This document shows, one piece after another, positions 57,932 through 64,000 of a DNA stretch of 64,000 nucleotides. The stretch's first letter is position 1. The number at the start of each line of letters is the position of its first letter. The notes beneath the pieces were generated by a model that saw nothing but the letters and a program-made list of their open reading frames with translations, was not told the DNA's origin and did no database searches. The stretch covers positions 1,830 through 65,829 of the forward strand of contig VGWC01000004.1 in the NCBI GenBank assembly GCA_016873775.1. Reading direction: 5' to 3'. The position numbers were made by a program, and so were the translations under genes. The DNA is from Ignavibacteria bacterium (GTDB taxonomy: Bacteria; Bacteroidota; Ignavibacteria; UBA10030; F1-140-MAGs086).

Positions 57932-58921
57932 TCACTTCTTTTTGTTTTTTACCGGTTTTTTCGTTGTAGTTGTTTTCACTGATGTCGAATACGTTTTCAC
58001 AAATTCTCCCCACGAAAGATTATTTTTTCCTTCGATATGCTCTTTTGCTTTTCTTATACACATATTCGCAACTGCTTCAACAATCCACGCAAAATTTTCT
58101 TTGCCAACGGAATGAACATCGGCATCGGGAGCAGGATTGCAAAAATCTATTGCGTACGGTATACCATCGCGAACCGCAAATTCAACAGTATTGAGATCGT
58201 ATCCGAGCCAGTGATTCAATTGTACAACATACTGTTCTATCAATTCGAGTAATTTTTTTTCTATGGGTTTTGGATTGCGAACATAGCGAAGATGATGCGG
58301 TTCTTTTGGCGCATACTGCATAATATGAACATCGCGTTGGTCAACACAGTAGCAACGGAAATAATCCGTAAAATCAATTTCTTCCTGCAACATCATTACG
58401 AGTTGTCCAGTTTGATTATATGCTTCAAAAAATTCTTCACTGGATTTTACATTGTACACGTGCTTCCATCCGCCGCCTGCAAACGGTTTGAAGAATGCGG
58501 GAAATCCAACATAGTTGAACATCGCTTCCCAATCGAGCGGAAATGCAAGGTTGCGAAATGATTGTTCCGTTGTATCTTGCGGATGATGATGTGAAGGAAG
58601 TATCACTGTTTTCGGAACGGGGACAGCGATTTTTGTTGCAAGACAGTTATTGAAAAATTTATCATCGGCGCTCCACCAAAATGGATTGTTGATAACGGCA
58701 GTTCCGCACATCGCCGCATTTTTTAAGTACGCGCGATAGAAAGGAACATCTTGTGAAATTCTGTCTACAATGACTGCGTATTCTGTTGTATCACCTTGGA
58801 ATACTTTATCAATGCGAACAAATTCAGCAACGATGCCTTTTTCATTTTTTGAATTGATTCGTTCAACCAATGCCGGGGGAAATGTATTTTCTTGTCCAAA
58901 GAGAATTCCAATTTTTTTCAT
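57932..58921 (-). CDS. ATP-grasp domain ligase (RimK-like fold)
   Basis: 329 aa with ...VPVPKTVILP...FKPFAGGGWKHVYNVKSSEEFFEAY...LVMMLQEEIDFTDYFRCYCVD...LNTVEFAVRDGIPYAIDFCNPAPD, which maps onto the ATP-grasp B-loop, the acidic metal-binding region and the C-domain. Confidence 0.6.
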   Translation of the reverse strand: MKKIGILFGQENTFPPALVERINSKNEKGIVAEFVRIDKVFQGDTTEYAVIVDRISQDVPFYRAYLKNAAMCGTAVINNPFWWSADDKFFNNCLATKIAVPVPKTVILPSHHHPQDTTEQSFRNLAFPLDWEAMFNYVGFPAFFKPFAGGGWKHVYNVKSSEEFFEAYNQTGQLVMMLQEEIDFTDYFRCYCVDQRDVHIMQYAPKEPHHLRYVRNPKPIEKKLLELIEQYVVQLNHWLGYDLNTVEFAVRDGIPYAIDFCNPAPDADVHSVGKENFAWIVEAVANMCIRKAKEHIEGKNNLSWGEFVKTYSTSVKTTTTKKPVKNKKK

Positions 58922-58975
58922 ACTGAGTAATTGAGGTAAGTGAATAAATTAATTAAATATGTAATAATAAAAACC

Positions 58976-59704
58976 TTATTGTCGTTCGCAAATTTGTGAA
59001 ACATATTGTTCAAACATTATTTTCCACCAATGCCAATCGTGCCCGAATCCTTGTCGGTCATCGAGCCAGTGTGGGACGTTGAGTGTGTCTAAGATGGCAG
59101 AAAGTTGTGCATTATCGTTACGACAAATATCTGTTTCACCGGTTCCTAAAATAATGTTCATCTCGCGGAATTTGTTTAAATACCATTCGTCCCGTAAGTT
59201 TGGAAGATAATCTGGTGGACTGTTGTAATAACAATTATCATCGTAATAATTTCCGATAAATTGTTTAATGTTAAACGCTCCTCCGAGACTAAACATATAT
59301 CCGATATGCGCAGGATGTCGGAATGCAATATTTGCAGCATGAAATCCTCCAAAACTACACCCACTAACTCCTACTTTTGAAAATCCGGTTTCTTGAATTG
59401 TCGGGAAAATTACTTCGTTTAATATCAGTTGTTCATACGCAACGTGGTTTTGAACTTTCTCAAACGGATGAATTTCATTGTTGTACCAACTGGTTGCATC
59501 ATAACTATCGGGAGTGTAAATTTGGACTTGTCCATTTTCGACATAGCGTTTCACGCATTCAATCAAACCGAAATCTCGGTATTGAAAGTAACTTCCTTTG
59601 GAGGTTGGAAATATTATTATCGGAAATCCAGATTCTCCGAACACAAGCATATCGAAATTTTTTCCGATAGAGTTTGAGAACCATTGACGATGTTCTTCTT
59701 TCAT
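58976..59704 (-). CDS. alpha/beta-hydrolase 'putative esterase' family protein
   Basis: 242 aa with the nucleophile elbow GCSFGG (GxSxG). The overall pattern is like the enterochelin-esterase/'putative esterase' family. Confidence 0.6.
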   Translation of the reverse strand: MKEEHRQWFSNSIGKNFDMLVFGESGFPIIIFPTSKGSYFQYRDFGLIECVKRYVENGQVQIYTPDSYDATSWYNNEIHPFEKVQNHVAYEQLILNEVIFPTIQETGFSKVGVSGCSFGGFHAANIAFRHPAHIGYMFSLGGAFNIKQFIGNYYDDNCYYNSPPDYLPNLRDEWYLNKFREMNIILGTGETDICRNDNAQLSAILDTLNVPHWLDDRQGFGHDWHWWKIMFEQYVSQICERQ

Positions 59705-59823
59705 CGAGACAGGAGCAAAGATTGTGAATACATAAAAAAGTTTTGCAAAATTTTGTTTGCTAATATAGAAATTCTTTCATAGCAAGAAAAGTACAGCGAC
59801 GCTCAGGGAAAAACATTAACCAA

Positions 59824-60243
59824 TCAAAACAAATATTTCTTCGGAAGAATTATCACTATTCCCGCTGCTAAAATTCCTCCTAACGTATCTGCAAGAAAAT
59901 CGTACAACTCCGGCGAACGTCCAGGCACAAACATTTGGTGAATTTCATCCGATGCGCCGTACAGCATTACATAGAGAACAGCGAAAAGCAATGCGTACTT
60001 TTTTAACGTCGTATTCCATTCTTGAAATAAAAATGCTCTCGCAGATAACATTCCTAAAACAAAGAATACCCCGAAGTGCAAAAGTTTGTCAAAACTAAAA
60101 AATTGAAATGGAAATTTTATTCCCGGAATTGATGACATTGTAAAGATAAACAACGACCACACTATTGCCGGCAACTGATATCGCGCAAACGAAGGAAATT
60201 TTTTTTGTGATAGTTCGTTCACCATTCTACGTTCTGTCAACAA
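59824..60243 (-). CDS. VanZ-family membrane protein
   Basis: 139 aa with four hydrophobic helices and ...YGASDEIHQMFVPGRSPELYDFLADTLGGILA..., the VanZ-like motif. Confidence 0.65.
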   Translation of the reverse strand: MLTERRMVNELSQKKFPSFARYQLPAIVWSLFIFTMSSIPGIKFPFQFFSFDKLLHFGVFFVLGMLSARAFLFQEWNTTLKKYALLFAVLYVMLYGASDEIHQMFVPGRSPELYDFLADTLGGILAAGIVIILPKKYLF

Positions 60244-61801
60244 TATGCATCGCCGATGAAAGCGAATCGCTGATATCCATTGCCATTATTGAACGCTTAC
60301 CGAATTTCTCTTCTGCAATATCACCCGCAAGTCCGTGCAAATATGCGCTAATGATTGCAGAGCGTTGAAGTTTTTCTTCAAAGGAAATATTTTCCGATTT
60401 CATTTGTGCAAGTATTCCTGCAACCGTTCCCGTCAAAACATCGCCGCTTCCTGCTGTTGCCATTCCGGGATTTCCTGTGGAATTGAGAAAAACTTTTCCA
60501 TTCGGTGCTGCAATCACAGTCGGATTTCCTTTCAATACTACAATTGCATTCAATTTCTTTGATGAACTTCTCGCAATTTCAACACGATGCGTTTCAATTT
60601 CTTCTGATGAAATTCCAAGCATACGAGAAAGTTCCCCGCTATGAGGAGTGAATATGCAATTCGTAATTTGTAATTCGTAATTCGTAATTGCAGAAAGCGC
60701 ATCTGCATCAATCACCATCGGCTTTGTGCACGATGAAATTATTTCGGCAACAAGCGATTGTGTTTCTTTGTTTTGGGAAATTCCGGGACCGATAGCAACA
60801 ACATCGCACCATTCAATTCGCTCAAGAATTTTTTCTTTTGCAGAAAGTGAAATTGTTCCTTCGCTTGTTTCATCGAGTGGTTCAAGCATTACTTCCGTAA
60901 GTTTTTTTACCAGCAACGGATAGAGTGATTTCACCGTTCCGAGAATTACTGCTCCTGCGCCTACTCTCATTGCGCTTGTTGCAGTCATAAACGCTGCCCC
61001 GGGAAATTGTTGCGAACCTGCAAGCACAAACACTTTTCCGACAGAATATTTATTTGCGTTTAGTTTTCGTTTCGGAAGAAAATCTTCAACATCATTTTTT
61101 TCAACAAGAAAAGTATAGCGTTTTTCTTTGAGGAATTTTTTCGGAATGGAAATATCTGCGACTTCAATTTTTCCAGAACATTCTTTGCCATCGTTCACAA
61201 GCAAACCGATTTTTTTTGCCGCCATTGTTACCGTGAGTTGTGCTTTCACGGCAACATTCGTTTTCATTCCGTTATCAGAATTTATTCCCGAAGGAATATC
61301 GAGAGCAACAATTGGCTTTTTACTTTCATTCATCCACTCGATAATTTCCGAATACGGTTTTCGCACTTCACAGGAAAATCCGGTTCCGAATAATGCATCA
61401 ATAATGAAATCGCAACGCGGACAATTTTTTGAGAATGCTCTTTGTATTTCTCTGAAAGAAAAGAGCGAAGTGTTTTTTGTTTTCTTCTGAAGTTGAAGAA
61501 CAATATCGAGATTGGTTTTTGCATCACCTTTGACATCGGATTTTTTTCCAACAAGGAGAATGTGAACATATCCTCCGCGATTGAATAAATGCCGCGCAAC
61601 AACAAACCCATCGCCGCCGTTGTTTCCTTTTCCGCAAACGATGAGAAATGATTTTTCCGCAACACTTCCAAAATGTTTTTCCATTGAATCAACAACGCTT
61701 CGTCCTGCATTTTCCATCAACAATAATGAAGGAAGAGAATACTCTTCTCCTGCTTGTTTATCGCAGGAACGCATTTCGTCAGTTGAGAGAAGTATTTCCA
61801 T
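60227..61801 (-). CDS. nnr: bifunctional NAD(P)H-hydrate repair enzyme (epimerase + ADP-dependent dehydratase)
   Basis: 524 aa. The N-terminal YjeF-N domain has ...LIVCGKGNNGGDGFVVARHL.... The C-terminal carbohydrate-kinase-like domain has ...GPGISQNKET...TGNPGMATAGSGDVLTG.... Confidence 0.85.
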   Translation of the reverse strand: MEILLSTDEMRSCDKQAGEEYSLPSLLLMENAGRSVVDSMEKHFGSVAEKSFLIVCGKGNNGGDGFVVARHLFNRGGYVHILLVGKKSDVKGDAKTNLDIVLQLQKKTKNTSLFSFREIQRAFSKNCPRCDFIIDALFGTGFSCEVRKPYSEIIEWMNESKKPIVALDIPSGINSDNGMKTNVAVKAQLTVTMAAKKIGLLVNDGKECSGKIEVADISIPKKFLKEKRYTFLVEKNDVEDFLPKRKLNANKYSVGKVFVLAGSQQFPGAAFMTATSAMRVGAGAVILGTVKSLYPLLVKKLTEVMLEPLDETSEGTISLSAKEKILERIEWCDVVAIGPGISQNKETQSLVAEIISSCTKPMVIDADALSAITNYELQITNCIFTPHSGELSRMLGISSEEIETHRVEIARSSSKKLNAIVVLKGNPTVIAAPNGKVFLNSTGNPGMATAGSGDVLTGTVAGILAQMKSENISFEEKLQRSAIISAYLHGLAGDIAEEKFGKRSIMAMDISDSLSSAMHIVDRT

Positions 61802-61911
61802 TGTTTGATGTGGGATTTGCAGTTTGTGATTATGGGATATGCGTGTTAGAAATTCATTGAAGTAGTTCTCTCACATCACAAATCGCAAGTCGCATATCTC
61901 CAATCTTCTCG

Positions 61912-63345
61912 CTACCAACTTTTTGTAATCAAATTTGTCAGCAATGAAGGAAACATTCCGAAAATAATAACACCGATTGCGGCGAGAGAAATTGCGGCAA
62001 AAGAAATGCGCGAGGCGGAAACAATAAGTTCCGTTTCACTATTTTTGAAATACATCAGCACGACAATGCGCAAATAATAATATGCGGCTATTGCACTTGT
62101 AAGAACTCCGATAATTGCAAGCCACGTGAATCCACCGCTCACTGCGGCGGCAAACACATAATATTTTCCGAAGAAACCTGCGAATGGAGGAATACCGGAA
62201 AGCGAGAACATAAAAATCGCGAACATTGCCGCAAGCGCCGGTTGTTTTTGCGAAAAGCCCGCGTAATCATTGAGTGAAAGATTTGTTTCCTCAATTTGTT
62301 CAACGAGGGAAATTACTCCGAACGCGCCAAGATTCATCAATGTGTATGCGGCGAGATAAAATAAAATTCCCTGCACGCCGTATTGTGTTCCCGATGCAAG
62401 TCCCGCAAGCATATATCCTGCGTGGGCAATACTGCTGTACGCTAACATTCGTTTGATGTTCGTTTGAGAAATTGCAACAACATTTCCGAGAATCATCGAA
62501 GCGGCAGAAATAATTGCAAGCGCAAGAGAAAGTTTTTCGTGTGAAAAATTTTGCGATGTATGTCCGACGATGTTTGCAAATGCGAGGAGAAATCCTGAGA
62601 ACGCTGCAGTTTTTCCCGTTGTTGCCATAAATGCAGTAACCGAAGTTGGCGCGCCTTCGTACACATCCGGCGCCCACATATGAAACGGAACAGCCGCTAC
62701 TTTAAAAGCAAAACCGATAAGCAACAATCCGATACCGAGCCAAAATAACATAGAAGTTTGTAATGAATCGAGTTCGGAAATAATCATAGCGATGTTTGTT
62801 GTTCCCGATGAACCGTACAGTAATGCAATTCCGTAGAGAAGAAATCCTGTTGCAAATGCGCCAAGCAAAAAATATTTCAATGCAGATTCATTCGATGTCG
62901 TACGTTTGCGCAGAAATCCCGCAAGAACATAAAAACACACCGACATCAATTCTATTCCGATAAACATCATCATTAAATCGCCAGCGGAAGTGAGAAACAT
63001 CATTCCTAATACTGCTGAAAGCAACAACGCATAATATTCTCCGAAGTGAATTTCTAATTTTTCCAAATACGAACGTGATAGTAATATCGTGAGAATAGTT
63101 CCGCAGAGTAAAACAAGTGTGCAGAATCGCGTGAAGCCATCTACAAGTACCATTCCATTGAAAACCGTTTGTTGCAGGGTTTGATTGAATGTAACAAAAA
63201 ACGCTGCAAGTGTTCCAACAAGCGATACCCAAAAACTGATACGAGCGTTTTCTTTATACAGTGCATCAACGAGAATAATGAGAAGTGTAACGAGAGCAAT
63301 GACAATCATCGGCAGAACGCCAACGAGATTTGCTGTAATATTCAT
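61912..63345 (-). CDS. nuoN: complex I antiporter-like subunit (NuoN/NuoM/MrpD family proton-conducting membrane transporter)
   Basis: The ORF is open to 63819, but the N-terminal 158 aa extension is low-complexity. The internal Met at 63343-63345 gives MNITANLVGVLPMIVIALVTLLIILVDALY..., a typical NuoN start. About 14 transmembrane helices, 478 aa. Confidence 0.75.
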   Translation of the reverse strand: MNITANLVGVLPMIVIALVTLLIILVDALYKENARISFWVSLVGTLAAFFVTFNQTLQQTVFNGMVLVDGFTRFCTLVLLCGTILTILLSRSYLEKLEIHFGEYYALLLSAVLGMMFLTSAGDLMMMFIGIELMSVCFYVLAGFLRKRTTSNESALKYFLLGAFATGFLLYGIALLYGSSGTTNIAMIISELDSLQTSMLFWLGIGLLLIGFAFKVAAVPFHMWAPDVYEGAPTSVTAFMATTGKTAAFSGFLLAFANIVGHTSQNFSHEKLSLALAIISAASMILGNVVAISQTNIKRMLAYSSIAHAGYMLAGLASGTQYGVQGILFYLAAYTLMNLGAFGVISLVEQIEETNLSLNDYAGFSQKQPALAAMFAIFMFSLSGIPPFAGFFGKYYVFAAAVSGGFTWLAIIGVLTSAIAAYYYLRIVVLMYFKNSETELIVSASRISFAAISLAAIGVIIFGMFPSLLTNLITKSW

Positions 63346-63515
63346 AAAGTTGTTTTGACGAAAAAAATTATGGACAAAAATACAGAAATAGTAAAGTAAA
63401 ATCAATGGAAGTGAAAGAAATAACGGATGGAGTTTCACGAGTGTTGTTCCTGTACCTATGGCTCGGAGAGCGTACAATCTGCACGAAATTTTTTTTGGAA
63501 GATTAAATCTGATTT

Positions 63516-63606
63516 GAGAGATGGAGTCCACCTTGTTTATTGAAAACTGTGAACTCATTAAAGTTTCTCGGCAATGACAAATAAAGGTGGACTCCATCTT
63601 GACACA
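63516..63606. other. long inverted repeat (16 bp perfect arms AGATGGAGTCCACCTT / AAGGTGGACTCCATCT, extendable with mismatches, 49 nt spacer)
   Basis: Read directly at 63519-63534 and 63584-63599. It lies in the intergenic region upstream of both the nuoN-like gene (-) and the antitoxin-like gene (+). Confidence 0.6.
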
Positions 63607-63679
63607 ATTTGATGCAAACAACATTTTGCTTTGCTCATAAAGATTTGTATTTTCTCCCCAACAATTTTTCAACAAACTT

Positions 63680-63895
63680 ATGCAACAACTTTTAACAGTA
63701 GATATAGCACTCGATACATTATCCCAACTTTCGCTTGACGACCAAATTATGGTTTCGGAAATACTTGCGAAACGAGCCATAGAACAACGACGAAACGAAT
63801 TAGCAGAATCCATACGCATTAGCAGAGAAGAATATGCTCAAGGAAAAACGGGAAGCGGCTCTGTTGATGATTTTCTTGCAAGCATGAAAGACTAA
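63680..63895 (+). CDS. putative antitoxin / addiction-module component (small helical protein)
   Basis: 71 aa MQQLLTVDIALDTLSQLSLDDQIMVSEILAKRAIEQRRNELAESIRISREEYAQGKTGSGSVDDFLASMKD. Its size and the L..LS..D...L.E.L pattern resemble small addiction-module antitoxin components. The stop overlaps the next ATG (TAATG). Confidence 0.4.
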   Translation: MQQLLTVDIALDTLSQLSLDDQIMVSEILAKRAIEQRRNELAESIRISREEYAQGKTGSGSVDDFLASMKD

Positions 63896-64000
63896 TGCCA
63901 ACGCTTCATTGGTCATCGCGGTATCAATCTGCGTTTCGGAAACGGACAAAACAAAACCCGAAACTCTACGACAAGATTGCTGACATTATGAGAAGATTAG
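63895..64000 (+). CDS. putative RelE/YafQ-like toxin, 3'-partial at window edge
   Basis: MPTLHWSSRYQSAFRKRTKQNPKLYDKIADIMRRL... begins at an ATG overlapping the upstream stop. The start resembles the RelE/YafQ family (...F.K..KK....L..KI...I..L). Confidence 0.3.
   Translation, partial: MPTLHWSSRYQSAFRKRTKQNPKLYDKIADIMRRL

Noticed and set aside
63346-63819. N-terminal 158 aa extension of the nuoN ORF (MRMDSANSFRRCSMARF...)
   Set aside because: Cys/Ser-rich and non-membrane. It overlaps the inverted repeat and the intergenic region. A canonical NuoN start (MNITANL...) lies at the internal ATG at 63343-63345.
1-64000. CRISPR arrays, rRNA operons, integrases or transposases
   Set aside because: I scanned for short direct repeats with unique spacers, rRNA-like conserved stretches and DDE/tyrosine-recombinase motifs. 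None were seen. The only mobile-type content is the toxin-antitoxin remnants.

Overview
This is an AT-rich bacterial chromosomal segment of about 60 genes. Two large secreted proteins end in type IX secretion (T9SS) C-terminal sorting domains, which points to a Bacteroidota/Ignavibacteriota-like (FCB group) organism. The window holds three tRNAs: Leu-CAA, Arg-CCT and Pro-CGG. Housekeeping genes include serS, dapD, apt, tryptophanase, an EF-G paralogue, nnr and a molybdenum-cofactor biosynthesis cluster (xdhC-mocA-moeA-moaD-moaE-moaC/mogA). The most striking content is c-type cytochrome/outer-membrane modules. A 20-heme and a ~23-25-heme cytochrome sit directly before a ~520 aa predicted beta-barrel outer-membrane protein and a membrane-anchored ferredoxin-flavoprotein. 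This arrangement resembles a porin-cytochrome extracellular electron transfer conduit. A separate gene encodes a Cyc2-like fusion of a single CXXCH motif to a beta-barrel, with a monoheme cytochrome c overlapping its 3' end. Other notable features are a six-gene operon of amidoligases (YbdK/GCS2, ATP-grasp, a possible second ligase, an M29 aminopeptidase, an esterase and a small secreted protein), a thermonuclease next to a T9SS-secreted lamin-tail/phospholipase-D nuclease, and two class III nucleotide cyclases (one CHASE2-linked, one fused to a STAND ATPase). There are also toxin-antitoxin remnants (an intact hicB beside a hicA with a Trp-to-opal nonsense codon, and an antitoxin plus partial toxin at the 3' edge), a badly degraded ferrochelatase pseudogene, a likely frameshift at the xdhC N-terminus, and a 1476 aa BNR-propeller protein with eight tandem FN3-like repeats. 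No CRISPR array, rRNA, transposase or integrase was seen. All calls rest on reading the sequence and translations by eye. No database search was run.
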